From: an uncultured Bacilli bacterium
GTDB lineage: Bacteria > Bacillota_I > Bacilli_A > RF39 > UBA660
Direction of reading: 5' to 3'
DNA: 52,388 nucleotides
Assembly (NCBI GenBank): GCA_947591455.1
Contig: CANQDC010000003.1
Location: 1 to 52,388, forward strand
In this document: piece by piece, positions 1 to 9,874 of the stretch
Layout of the letters: each line of letters opens with the position of its first letter
Numbering within the stretch: position 1 is the stretch's first letter
Position numbers and translations under genes: made by a program
The notes under the pieces: model-generated
The model's database searches: none
What the model saw: the letters and a program-made list of their open reading frames with translations, nothing else
Told to the model about the DNA's origin: nothing

Positions 1-1
1 T

Positions 2-1273
2 AATAAAAATGTTGTAATATTAGCTAGTGATCAAAACGGAAGTGGACTTGCAGGATATTATATTGGAAATAATCCAATTTGTGAGAATAATTCTTACAAA
101 GCAACTAGCAAAGAAAAAGTAGAACAAACATTTGACAATGGAACGTATTATGTATGTGTAAAAGATAAAGTAGGAAATACCAGTAATACCGTTTCCTTCA
201 GCGTTAGTAAAATTGATAAAATAAAACCGACTTGTGAAATATTTGCTTCAGGAGAGAAAGGAACTAATGATTGGTATACAAGTAATGTTAGTTTTTCTTT
301 AACACCACACGATGAAGGAGGAAGTGGAGTCAGAAGTAAAAAAATCTCTTCAGAAAAACTTACCATGAATACCAAATCTTATGTTGTTAATGGAGTGGTT
401 ATTGATCAAGCCGGAAATGAAGGAACTTGTACTATAACAGTCAAAAAAGATGATAAAACTCCGAGTCTTACTGTGAATAAAACCAGTGTTACAATTGATC
501 AAGGGGCCTCAGAATCTATTACAAAATATTATACCGAAAGTACGGGATTAAGTGGAGCAAGTACAAAGTGTATGTATAATGGCACCGAAATTAGCAATAT
601 CAGTTCCTTGTCTTTGGGCGTATATCCAGTGACATGTACAATTACTGGTGGTAATGGAAAAACATCAAACAAAACAATTACTTTTAGACATAGATATAAA
701 TCCACTTTAGCTTGTAGTGGGAATAGAACTTTAAGTAATGGGACATGTACATATTATTATGAAAATAACGAAACGCAATGTGGATGTTCGGTTTATAAGA
801 GTTGTTCTAATTCAAATTGTACACCTATTTATAAAGAAAAAGCTGCTGCTCCTTGCGATTGTATCCAATATTCTTGTACTTTGTATCAATCTTGCCAAAT
901 ATGTCATGGTACTGCCTGGGTTGCATGTGAGGGTAAGTTTAAATATACGGTTTATTATCATGCTGATAGTCCTTATTTTCAATGTTGTACAACACCAGAA
1001 CCGGAACGTCAGAAAGACTGTGGTACGGAAACTGTATATGGTTCCGAATGCAATAATGCAACTTCTAAAAAATGTTCAAAATATAAATCTTGTCGGGATT
1101 CCTCATTTGGAATACAAGGTTATGAATCTTGCCGTGATTCATCTTGTGGGTGTGAAACGGCAAAAAATTGTACTAAAACGGAGAATCAATATTTATATAA
1201 TGCTTGTACTCAAAAGGGAAATGATGGCAGCTATGGGACCGTAAATAATACGGATAAATATTGTTATTTTTAG
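2..1273 (+). CDS. 5'-truncated surface/secreted protein: Ig-like repeats followed by a Cys-rich C-terminal region
   Basis: Frame is open from base 2 (NKNVVILASDQNGSGLAGYY...KDKVGN...IDKIKPTC...NDWYTSNV) into the 365..1273 ORF. DxxGN and DKTP are Ig-like repeat signatures. 24 Cys counted from LACSG to the C-terminus. Confidence 0.8.
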   Translation, partial: NKNVVILASDQNGSGLAGYYIGNNPICENNSYKATSKEKVEQTFDNGTYYVCVKDKVGNTSNTVSFSVSKIDKIKPTCEIFASGEKGTNDWYTSNVSFSLTPHDEGGSGVRSKKISSEKLTMNTKSYVVNGVVIDQAGNEGTCTITVKKDDKTPSLTVNKTSVTIDQGASESITKYYTESTGLSGASTKCMYNGTEISNISSLSLGVYPVTCTITGGNGKTSNKTITFRHRYKSTLACSGNRTLSNGTCTYYYENNETQCGCSVYKSCSNSNCTPIYKEKAAAPCDCIQYSCTLYQSCQICHGTAWVACEGKFKYTVYYHADSPYFQCCTTPEPERQKDCGTETVYGSECNNATSKKCSKYKSCRDSSFGIQGYESCRDSSCGCETAKNCTKTENQYLYNACTQKGNDGSYGTVNNTDKYCYF

Positions 1274-1282
1274 GAGAAGAAT

Positions 1283-1726
1283 ATGAAACATAAAATTATA
1301 TTATACATTCCTATATTTTTTCTAATATTTTTAGTTGCTTTTTTTACCACTTTTTATGTTGTTAAATTTTTTCATAACAGGAATACAAATATACCGGAAG
1401 TTACAGAAACGATAGAAGAAAAAAGCTGTCTTCTCAAAACTTTTGAAAATGAAGACGAAATTTCTTATATCAAAGTCAATATGAAAGTGGAAAAAGACAA
1501 AATTTTAAATAAAAGTTCTGAAGTATTTATAAAGTGTTTGAATAAAAAATATTTTCAAGAATTAGAAAATAATGAGGGATTTAAGCAAAATCGTCATTTT
1601 GATGAAGCAAATTTACAAATTACTTTATCGAATAATGATTATATGGATTTTACAACGCGTGATGAAATAGTCTCTTATCAAAATTATATAAATTCTTTAA
1701 AGGAAATAGGGTATATTTGTGATTAA
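1283..1726 (+). CDS. hypothetical protein with N-terminal transmembrane anchor
   Basis: RBS aggag; hydrophobic N-terminal stretch followed by a soluble domain. Confidence 0.75.
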   Translation: MKHKIILYIPIFFLIFLVAFFTTFYVVKFFHNRNTNIPEVTETIEEKSCLLKTFENEDEISYIKVNMKVEKDKILNKSSEVFIKCLNKKYFQELENNEGFKQNRHFDEANLQITLSNNDYMDFTTRDEIVSYQNYINSLKEIGYICD

Positions 1727-1760
1727 AAAAAGCTGATTAACTATTTAACAAGCTTTTTTC
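1726..1760 (+). terminator. probable intrinsic terminator
   Basis: aaaaaagct...agctttttt inverted repeat followed by a T tract. Confidence 0.5.
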
Positions 1761-1802
1761 TTTTATACGTGATATAATACATACGTTTTGGAAGTGATAA
1801 CC

Positions 1803-3086
1803 ATGAAATTTAATATTATAACTCTTGGATGTAAAGTAAATTTATATGAAAGTGAAATTATGAAAGAGAAATTAATTCAGAACGGTTTTCTTGCAACGGA
1901 TTTTGATCAAGCTGATATTGTAGTAATAAATACCTGTTCAGTCACAAATATGGCGGATAAAAAATCTTTGAGACAAGTAAAACATGCTAAGAGGGCGGGT
2001 AAAATTCTTGTGGTATGTGGATGCAGTTCTGAAAATCATCAAGTCGATTATCAAAGTCAAGGAATAGACATTTTAATCGGAAATAAAGACAAAAGTAAAA
2101 TTGCTTCCATACTTTTACAATATTTAAAAACCAAACAGGCAATTACTTGTTTTTATAATCAAGAAGAGTATGAATTTGAAGATATGACAATTGACAAATT
2201 TTTGGATCACACAAGAGCATTTGTAAAAATTCAAGATGGTTGTAATAATTTTTGCAGTTACTGTATTATTCCTTATGTCAGAAAAAATATTCGAAATAAA
2301 GAGTTTCAAAAAGCGATAAATGAGATTAAAACGTTAGTGAAAAATGGCCACAAAGAAATTGTTTTAACTGGAATTCATACAGGATCCTATCATACACCAG
2401 AAGGGCATGATTTAACCGATTTAATTCATGAGATAAGTAAAATAGAGGCGTTAAAAAGAATCAGAATTTCTTCTATTGAAGCGACCGAAATCAATGATAA
2501 ATTATTACAAGAAATTAAAGAAAATCCAAAAATCGTGAATCATTTTCATATTCCCTTACAATCTGGAAGTGATGCAATACTAAAACGAATGAATCGTAAA
2601 TATACTGTTGAGTTTTACAAAGAAAAAATAGCAGCCATTCGAAATATAAAGCCGGATGTAAGTATTACCACCGATGTTATCGTGGGACATCCATATGAAA
2701 CCGATGATTTATTTTTAGAAACTATAAAAACATGTCAAGAAATAAATTTTGCCAAAATTCATGTTTTTCCTTATTCGAAACGTGATGGAACATTATCCAG
2801 TACAATGCCTATGCAAGTAGAAGAGAAAATAAAAAAACAAAGAAGCAAAACACTAGGAGAAATTAGTAAAAATTTAGAAGAAAGTTTTTTTAAAAAACAT
2901 TTAGATCAGCAAGTAGAAGTGTTAATTGAAGAAGTTTTTGAAAATGAATCAATTGGTCATACTACCAATTATTTGAAGATTAAAGTAAGTGAAAAATTAG
3001 AAAAAAATGAACTGTATCTGGTTCATTTAACAGATGTACAAGATGGATATTTACTTGGAAAAAGAAAAGAAAAAGTTAGTTTATGA
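1803..3086 (+). CDS. mtaB: tRNA t6A37 methylthiotransferase
   Basis: TLGCKVN, NTCSVT, radical SAM QDGCNNFCSYC motif, HVFPYSKR and a C-terminal TRAM-like region. ATG at 1803. Confidence 0.92.
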   Translation: MKFNIITLGCKVNLYESEIMKEKLIQNGFLATDFDQADIVVINTCSVTNMADKKSLRQVKHAKRAGKILVVCGCSSENHQVDYQSQGIDILIGNKDKSKIASILLQYLKTKQAITCFYNQEEYEFEDMTIDKFLDHTRAFVKIQDGCNNFCSYCIIPYVRKNIRNKEFQKAINEIKTLVKNGHKEIVLTGIHTGSYHTPEGHDLTDLIHEISKIEALKRIRISSIEATEINDKLLQEIKENPKIVNHFHIPLQSGSDAILKRMNRKYTVEFYKEKIAAIRNIKPDVSITTDVIVGHPYETDDLFLETIKTCQEINFAKIHVFPYSKRDGTLSSTMPMQVEEKIKKQRSKTLGEISKNLEESFFKKHLDQQVEVLIEEVFENESIGHTTNYLKIKVSEKLEKNELYLVHLTDVQDGYLLGKRKEKVSL

Positions 3087-3315
3087 CTTTTTCTTTCATT
3101 TTATATGAAATCATCGTATCAGTTAGTCCTAATAAATAATCTGCCGAAACATCTAATATTCTACATATATTAGCTAAATAAGTAATTGGCATAACGTTCA
3201 CCCCTTTTTCATAGCGAGCATATTGTTGTTGTTTTAATCCTAGTTGATTGGCAAGTTCCTTTTGAGTCATATTTCTACAATCGCGAACCCATTGTAGACG
3301 ATCCGTATAGTACAT
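3076..3315 (-). CDS. XRE-family HTH transcriptional regulator
   Basis: TQKELANQLGLKQQQYARYEKG...VSADYLLG; RBS aaggagg. Confidence 0.9.
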   Translation of the reverse strand: MYYTDRLQWVRDCRNMTQKELANQLGLKQQQYARYEKGVNVMPITYLANICRILDVSADYLLGLTDTMISYKMKEKVIN

Positions 3316-3428
3316 ATTTACCTCCTTAAGATTTTTATACTATTCATCCAAAACGATGTGTCGATATATGAACACATTTGTTGTAATAAAATAAGTGTAA
3401 AAAAGGAAGTAAAAAAGAAAAGAAGTTA

Positions 3429-4370
3429 TTATTTAAAAGCTTCTTTTATTTTATCAGTATTTTTAAAATTTAATTTGGCAATATCATTTAATTTCTCAAA
3501 ACCATATTTTTTGACGATTTCAACTCCAACTTCATCGACTATTGTGTTGGCTCCTTTGGGTATTTGAATATCTAAATTTCTCGAAAGCTCATCCATTTTT
3601 AATAAAAAGATATAACGACTGATGACGCTCGCCACAGCTACACTAGCACATTTACTTTCTGCTTTCGTTGTAAAAGTAATATTAGTAACTTTTTGTGTAG
3701 ATTCGATAATATGCTCAAAATACTTTCGAGGATAAACAAATTGATCGACCACAATTTTTTCATAAGGATAAGTAGTTTCTTTATGTGTTATATTGTAAAG
3801 AACTTTATTATGTAAAATCGCTTTAATTTTGTTCATATTATATCCTTTATTTTGGTATGTGTTATAATCTTTATTGCTTAAAGTAAATGTTACGTAAGGA
3901 ATTTCTTTCATTAATATAGGGGCGATTTTTACTATTTTCTCATCCGTTAATTTTTTAGAATCTTTAACACCTAATTCATTAATAAAATCGATTTTTGTTT
4001 TATCAACAAAGCTAGCTGTTACAATGATAGGTCCAAAATAATCACCGGTGCCAACTTCATCCGATCCAATGGTTGACATGCTATAAAAATAATTTAATTC
4101 TTCTTTATATTTTTCTTTTTTCTTACTGTTTTCTGAAATATCAATCGTTCGATTATTTACTTTTTTTTCCATATCGACCCAAATATTCGCATCAATATCC
4201 GCACTTATTCCTTGAAACATTACTTTCCCACTTTGATATAGCGTAATAATCGTATCAGCTTCCATAGCTTGAAAAATAGCATAAGGAGGCGTTTTTTCTC
4301 TTCGTACATCCTTATAATACTCAATCATCTTTTTTTGAATATTGTCACTTACTTTAAATACTATTGTCAA
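3429..4370 (-). CDS. rnhC: ribonuclease HIII
   Basis: N-terminal TBP-like YQSGKVMFQG, GSDEVGTGDYFGP, KDSKKL, VDQF. TTG start follows RBS gaggtg. Confidence 0.93.
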   Translation of the reverse strand: MTIVFKVSDNIQKKMIEYYKDVRREKTPPYAIFQAMEADTIITLYQSGKVMFQGISADIDANIWVDMEKKVNNRTIDISENSKKKEKYKEELNYFYSMSTIGSDEVGTGDYFGPIIVTASFVDKTKIDFINELGVKDSKKLTDEKIVKIAPILMKEIPYVTFTLSNKDYNTYQNKGYNMNKIKAILHNKVLYNITHKETTYPYEKIVVDQFVYPRKYFEHIIESTQKVTNITFTTKAESKCASVAVASVISRYIFLLKMDELSRNLDIQIPKGANTIVDEVGVEIVKKYGFEKLNDIAKLNFKNTDKIKEAFK

Positions 4371-4456
4371 AAGAATCACCTCAAAAACATTTTAGCATAA
4401 ATTTCTTTCTTTTTCATTAAGAATATAATATAATGAAATAGAGTAGGAGAGTAAGT

Positions 4457-5164
4457 ATGAGTATTATTGATACAGTGATTATTCTGTTTTTATTGTTAGG
4501 TGCAGTATTAGGATTTAAAAAAGGAGTGATTCAAAGCATTGTCTCTTTTGTTGGGACAATTCTGGTTGTAATTCTTTCCTTTTGGCTTAAAAATCCTTTA
4601 TCGGTATTTTTATATACCTATTTACCATTTTTTAATTTTTCGATTAGTGCAATTAATATTTTAGTTTATGAAGCAATAGCATTTCTAATTGTTTTCGCTC
4701 TTTTAAGCACGATTTTACGAATTATATTAAAAATATCAGGTATGGTCGAATTGCTCTTAAAATTTACCATAGTATTAGCCATCCCATCTAAAATTTTAGG
4801 AGCAATTTTTGGCTTTTTGGAATATTACATATTTATATTTGTGATTTTGTTTGTATTTTCTTTATGTAATATTGATAGTGAATTACTCCAAGAAAGTAAA
4901 TTAGCAGAACAGATATTAAGTCATTCTCCTGTTATATCTACCATTGTTGAAGATTCCTATAATGCGGTAAAGACGTTTACTGATATTAATAAAAAAGAGG
5001 AAAGCATTGAAAAAAAGAATGAAGAAGCCATCGAAGTTTTATTAAAATATCATATGATTAGCGAAGAAAATTTAAATCGTTTGAACCAAAAGAAGAAATT
5101 CAATATTCCTAATTTAGATCAGATTATTAAAAATTCAACGAAAGGAGAAAAAGATAATGATTAA
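4457..5164 (+). CDS. cvpA: CvpA (colicin V production) family membrane protein
   Basis: IIDTVIIL...GFKKG...SKILGAIFG; divergent from rnhC as in Bacillus. Confidence 0.85.
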   Translation: MSIIDTVIILFLLLGAVLGFKKGVIQSIVSFVGTILVVILSFWLKNPLSVFLYTYLPFFNFSISAINILVYEAIAFLIVFALLSTILRIILKISGMVELLLKFTIVLAIPSKILGAIFGFLEYYIFIFVILFVFSLCNIDSELLQESKLAEQILSHSPVISTIVEDSYNAVKTFTDINKKEESIEKKNEEAIEVLLKYHMISEENLNRLNQKKKFNIPNLDQIIKNSTKGEKDND

Positions 5165-5450
5165 ATATTTAGAAAATGAAAATATGAAGGACATAATAAA
5201 AGAAGGCATTTACATTGTTGATTTTTATGCCGATTGGTGTGGACCATGTAAAATGATGGGTTCTGTTTTAGAAAACATGTCTGCTACCAATATTTTAAAA
5301 ATAAATACAGATTCTCATCCAGATGTAGCTAGTGAATATGGAATTATGAACATTCCCACTTTACTTTTTTTTAAAGATGGGGAAGAAATAAAGAAAACAG
5401 TTGGATTTAAAACCAAAGAAGAAATCCAAGAAATTCTTGATCAATTATAA
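5157..5450 (+). CDS. trxA: thioredoxin
   Basis: DFYADWCGPCK active site and cis-Pro IPT motif. Confidence 0.92.
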   Translation: MIKYLENENMKDIIKEGIYIVDFYADWCGPCKMMGSVLENMSATNILKINTDSHPDVASEYGIMNIPTLLFFKDGEEIKKTVGFKTKEEIQEILDQL

Positions 5451-5454
5451 AAAT

Positions 5455-5481
5455 TGGTTCGTTTGTTTAACCACTTTTTTT
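5455..5481 (+). terminator. probable intrinsic terminator after trxA
   Basis: tggtt...aacca stem followed by a T tract. Confidence 0.45.
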
Positions 5482-5492
5482 AAACAGAGATT

Positions 5493-5843
5493 TTACTTCA
5501 TTAAAACATTCTTACAAGCGGTAGTATACGCTCTTAGTAAACCGCCGGCCCCTAATTTTATTCCCCCAAAATATCGAACAACTGCAATGAGAACATGATT
5601 CAACTCTTTTCTTTCAATCAGCAAATAAATGGGGTTTCCCGCAGTACCAGAGGGTTCTTTATCATCACTTTTTTTCATGAATTGATCTATTTTATAAGCA
5701 TAGGGAATATGTTTTGCTTTTTTATGTTCCTTTTTTAAATATTCTAAAATCGTTTTTACTTCCTCTACATTTTCTACTTCATAGTAGTAAGCAATAAATT
5801 TCGATTTTTTAATTTCCAAGGTATATTCATTTATTAATTTCAT
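5493..5843 (-). CDS. YigZ/IMPACT family protein (N-terminal domain only)
   Basis: EIKKSKFIA, SDDKEPSGTAG, RYFGGIKLGAGGLLRAY; ATG 5843 after aggag. Confidence 0.9.
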   Translation of the reverse strand: MKLINEYTLEIKKSKFIAYYYEVENVEEVKTILEYLKKEHKKAKHIPYAYKIDQFMKKSDDKEPSGTAGNPIYLLIERKELNHVLIAVVRYFGGIKLGAGGLLRAYTTACKNVLMK

Positions 5844-5961
5844 ATGATTCTCCTGTTCTTTTGTTATAGCATGAATTTCTAAAGGGAGCAAGTAGGTAAG
5901 AGAAATAGTCCTTATTTTTTTATAAATTTATAGTATAATAAAGTTGTTAGGAGGGATACTC

Positions 5962-7722
5962 ATGTTTAAAGAAAAATTAGCTTTAATTCCTAATTTACCG
6001 GGAAGTTATCAAATGCGTAATCAAGATGGCGTGATTATTTATGTAGGAAAAGCGAAAAATCTGCATCGTCGTGTCTCTTCCTATTTCAATCGTACCCAAA
6101 CAGGAAAAACGGCTAAAATGGTAAGTGAAATCGCTGATTTTACCTATATTGTTGCTAGTAGCGAATTGGAAGCATTTATTATTGAAATTAATTTAATTAA
6201 AGAATTTAATCCAAAATATAATATTTTATTAAAAGATGATAAAAGTTATCCGTATATTGAATATATTAGTAAACCTTATCCCAAAGTAAAAGTTTCTCGT
6301 TATTTAAATATTCGTAAAAAAGATAATAAAAAACTATTTGGACCATTTCCAAATGCCTATGCGGCTCGTCGAATTGTGAATTTACTAAATCGTATTTATC
6401 CTTTAAAAAAATGTAATGGAAATCCCAAAGAAGTCTGTTTGTATTATCATATTCATGAATGTTTAGGATATTGTAGTAAACGATTAAATCAACAAGAATT
6501 AGAACTTATGGAAAAAGAAATATTAAGTTTTTTACATGGCAACGATAAAGTATTAACCAACCGATTAGAAAAAAAGATGATCGAATATAGTAATTCCTTA
6601 AATTATGAAATGGCTTTAGAAATGAAAAAAGAATTGGAATACATAAAAATTGTTTTAAATAAACAAAAAGTAGAACTGCATGATTTAGTTGATCGAGATA
6701 TATTTGGGTATTACTTTGATAAAGGGTATATTAGTATTCAAATATTTTTCTTACGAAATGGGAAACTCGTAGGGGGAAAAACCGATATTTTTCCTTTAAT
6801 TAGTGAATTAGAAGATGATCTGGATTTATTTATCGCCTCATTTTATGCCAAACATGAAGTACCAAAAGAAATATTAGTAAGCGAGGCATTGAATAAAGAA
6901 ATATTAGAAAGCCTTCTAGCTACAAAATTTTTAACTCCTACGCGGGGAGCCAAAAAGAAACTGTTAGATATGGCTGTATTAAATAGTAAACTAAATTTAG
7001 AAAGAGAATTAGAATTAATTAAAAAAGACGAATATGTTACAGAAAGTGCCAATGAAGAATTAAAAGAGTTATTAGGATTAAAACAATTATATCGAATAGA
7101 TTTATTTGATAACTCCAATCTTTTTGGGAGTTTTTCGGTAAGTGGTATGGTTGTATTTAAAAATGGTCGTCCTAGCAAAAATGATTATCGAAAATTTAAA
7201 ATTAGCGTCGATAAAAATGATGATTATAATACGATGCGGGAAGTAATTTATAGAAGATATTCACGCATGAAAATGGAACAAAGTGAAAAACCAGATTTAA
7301 TTATTGTCGATGGAGGAGAAAATCAAGTGCGGGCTTGTTTAGAAATATTAGAAAGCCTAAATTTAAAGATTATGGTTTGTGGACTTAAGAAAAATGATCG
7401 CCATCGAACGAATGATTTAGTCTTAGAAAATTTAGAAATTGTGGAAATAGACCGAAGTAGTAATTTATTCCATTTTTTAACGCGTATGCAAGATGAAGTG
7501 CATCGTTATACGATTAATTATCATCGGACTATTCGAAGTAAGGGAAGTATATCAAGTGTTTTAGATCATGTCTATGGCATTGGTTCAAAACGAAAAAAAG
7601 AACTGATCAAACAATATGGCAGTGTGGCAAAAATGAAACAAGCTTCCCTAGAAGATTTAGAAAAATTCCTTCCCAAAGATACTGCAAAAAATTTATTTGA
7701 ATTTTTAAAAGATTTTAAATAG
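5962..7722 (+). CDS. uvrC: excinuclease ABC subunit C
   Basis: GIY-YIG IIYVGKAKNL, KDDKSYPY, FDNSN, VDGG, QDEVHRY and C-terminal HhH. Confidence 0.96.
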   Translation: MFKEKLALIPNLPGSYQMRNQDGVIIYVGKAKNLHRRVSSYFNRTQTGKTAKMVSEIADFTYIVASSELEAFIIEINLIKEFNPKYNILLKDDKSYPYIEYISKPYPKVKVSRYLNIRKKDNKKLFGPFPNAYAARRIVNLLNRIYPLKKCNGNPKEVCLYYHIHECLGYCSKRLNQQELELMEKEILSFLHGNDKVLTNRLEKKMIEYSNSLNYEMALEMKKELEYIKIVLNKQKVELHDLVDRDIFGYYFDKGYISIQIFFLRNGKLVGGKTDIFPLISELEDDLDLFIASFYAKHEVPKEILVSEALNKEILESLLATKFLTPTRGAKKKLLDMAVLNSKLNLERELELIKKDEYVTESANEELKELLGLKQLYRIDLFDNSNLFGSFSVSGMVVFKNGRPSKNDYRKFKISVDKNDDYNTMREVIYRRYSRMKMEQSEKPDLIIVDGGENQVRACLEILESLNLKIMVCGLKKNDRHRTNDLVLENLEIVEIDRSSNLFHFLTRMQDEVHRYTINYHRTIRSKGSISSVLDHVYGIGSKRKKELIKQYGSVAKMKQASLEDLEKFLPKDTAKNLFEFLKDFK

Positions 7723-7764
7723 TCAGAGAGAATTTTATATAGTATAATAGAGTAGGTGAAGTAC

Positions 7765-8898
7765 ATGAAATTAATAAAACTGGATAAAAATTATGATATA
7801 AAAGTAAAAAGTCAAGTGACCCATTTTTTAACTCCTGATTTTATTTATATTCCCATTGAAAATAGACCGCTTCCATTTAAAAGAAATCAAGAAATTAAAA
7901 AAGAAGAGTCAATTTTTACTGATGTATTCTCTCCTATTTCTGGAAATATTATTGGTGTTTCCAATGGTACTTTTTATGATGGACAAACGAAAAAATGTCT
8001 TGTTTTAAAAAATAATTATCAAGAAAAAGTAAAAAATAGAGTAGCTACACGAAAAAAATTAAGTACCATTACGATTGAAAATATCAAAAATGAAATCAAA
8101 AGAGCGGATTTACAAGAAAAATTATTGCATTTAGATAGCAAACATCTAATCGTCTGTGGAATTGATGAAGAACCTTATATAGCCAATGAAGTATTTATTC
8201 AAAAAGAAAATACCAAAGAAATATTAGAGACGTTGGATGCTTTGTTAAAGTTTTATGAAAACGCCACAGCTCATATTATAATAAAAAATATTGATAGTGA
8301 AAATATAGAGAGTTATTCTAATTTTTTAGGGACATACCAAAATATTGAGCTACATTTAGTCGATGATTATTATATGATCGGCGAAGAACAAAATATTATT
8401 AAATCTTTACATATTAAAGAAGAATATATTTATCTAAAAGCAAGCGATGTTTATGAAATTTATTATAATTTGAAAAAAAGAAAGCCAATCGTCGAAAAAT
8501 ATATTACCATTACAGGAGATGGAATAGCCAATCCTCAAGTTTTTGCTGTAAAATTAGGAACAAAACTAATGGATATTTTAACTGTGAATTATGATCTTGA
8601 TTTCACTAAATATGATCTTTATGTGAATGGGCTTATGAGAGGGAAAAAAATAAATATTGCCAATTTAATCGTGACGAAAGAATTTGATGGAATACTTATT
8701 ATGAATAAAAAGAAAAAAGAACCAAAAGAATGTATTCGTTGCGGGAAATGTATTGAAATATGTCCAATTCATTCTAATCCTATGATGGCTTATTTAACTC
8801 ATAAAAAAGTTCCTTGTATTGAATGTGGTTTATGTTCTTATATATGTCCATCTTATATTCATTTAAGAAAATATTTAATAGGTGATAGTAATGAGTAG
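7765..8898 (+). CDS. degenerate RnfC-like protein with two 4Fe-4S motifs
   Basis: SPISG, GIDEEPY (cf. GAECEPY), ITITGDG...P...VKLGT, CIRCGKCIEICP and CIECGLCSYICPS. Confidence 0.75.
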   Translation: MKLIKLDKNYDIKVKSQVTHFLTPDFIYIPIENRPLPFKRNQEIKKEESIFTDVFSPISGNIIGVSNGTFYDGQTKKCLVLKNNYQEKVKNRVATRKKLSTITIENIKNEIKRADLQEKLLHLDSKHLIVCGIDEEPYIANEVFIQKENTKEILETLDALLKFYENATAHIIIKNIDSENIESYSNFLGTYQNIELHLVDDYYMIGEEQNIIKSLHIKEEYIYLKASDVYEIYYNLKKRKPIVEKYITITGDGIANPQVFAVKLGTKLMDILTVNYDLDFTKYDLYVNGLMRGKKINIANLIVTKEFDGILIMNKKKKEPKECIRCGKCIEICPIHSNPMMAYLTHKKVPCIECGLCSYICPSYIHLRKYLIGDSNE

Positions 8899-9796
8899 AT
8901 TACATAAAAAAATAACGATTTCTTTGCTTCAAAAATATTATATAGCTTTTTTCTTTTGTATACTATTTGGTATTTTTAAAAATGGCCTTCTTCCTTATGT
9001 TAAAGGGTATTCCAATATTTCCGAAACAATCACAATACTTATTTTGCCTATTTTATGTTTTGGAATAGGGTTTATTTTCGATCTTATTTTCAAAAATCGT
9101 GAAATGTTTAACAATCGTTTTTTTGCCTTACTTTTCTTACTCATGATTCCCGTTCAATCAAATCTTCTTTTTGTATTATTATTTTTATGTATTTGTTTAT
9201 TTTTATATAACTATATTAAAAAATGGCAAAAAAATAGTTTCTGGAATTGGATGGTAGGGATCAAATTATTTTTTGTTTTTTTACTGATATCGTTTCATAG
9301 TTATGGGTATGAAAATGTTTTAGAATTAAGTAAAGATTTTCAATATTCTTTTCTTGATTCTTTTATCGGATTTCATGTAAGTGGCCTGTATATTTCTAGC
9401 ACTATGATTCTATTTTTGTTTTTATTTATTTTTTGTTTTGATTATTATTATAAAAAGGAAATTGTTTTATATAGCTATGGTATATTTGGTATATCGTTAT
9501 TAGTGTACTCTTTATTAAAAGAAAATATGGGATTTATGCTGATGCATTTATTAGATAGCAATATATTATTCCCTTTAATTTTTATTGCTCCCTTATCATT
9601 ATTTTCACCTTATTCGAAAAAAGGAAAGTGGTTATATGGCATTTTAATTGGTATACTCACGTTACCATGCATTTGTTTAACCAATGTTTATGAAGGAACC
9701 TATATCGCTATATTTTTTGTCAATATTCTCTTTAATTTATTAAATTTAGTGATAAAAAGCGAAAGAAATCATATCAAAAAAGTAGAAAATGAATAG
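8891..9796 (+). CDS. RnfD-like polytopic membrane protein
   Basis: Multi-TM; FIAPLSLFSPYSKKGKWLYGILIG...EGTYIAIFFVN matches the RnfD/NqrB C-terminal pattern; overlaps the RnfC-like stop. Confidence 0.7.
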   Translation: MSRLHKKITISLLQKYYIAFFFCILFGIFKNGLLPYVKGYSNISETITILILPILCFGIGFIFDLIFKNREMFNNRFFALLFLLMIPVQSNLLFVLLFLCICLFLYNYIKKWQKNSFWNWMVGIKLFFVFLLISFHSYGYENVLELSKDFQYSFLDSFIGFHVSGLYISSTMILFLFLFIFCFDYYYKKEIVLYSYGIFGISLLVYSLLKENMGFMLMHLLDSNILFPLIFIAPLSLFSPYSKKGKWLYGILIGILTLPCICLTNVYEGTYIAIFFVNILFNLLNLVIKSERNHIKKVENE

Positions 9797-9874
9797 CAAA
9801 CCAAATTTTCTGCTTTTTGTTTGTTTTAAATAAATATGATATTTTAAGAGTACCCCTCCAAGAAAGGAGACATA

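Noticed and set aside
893-907. CQICH, a CxxCH heme-binding motif
   Set aside because: Single occurrence in a very Cys-rich region, likely chance; no cytochrome c maturation genes in the window.
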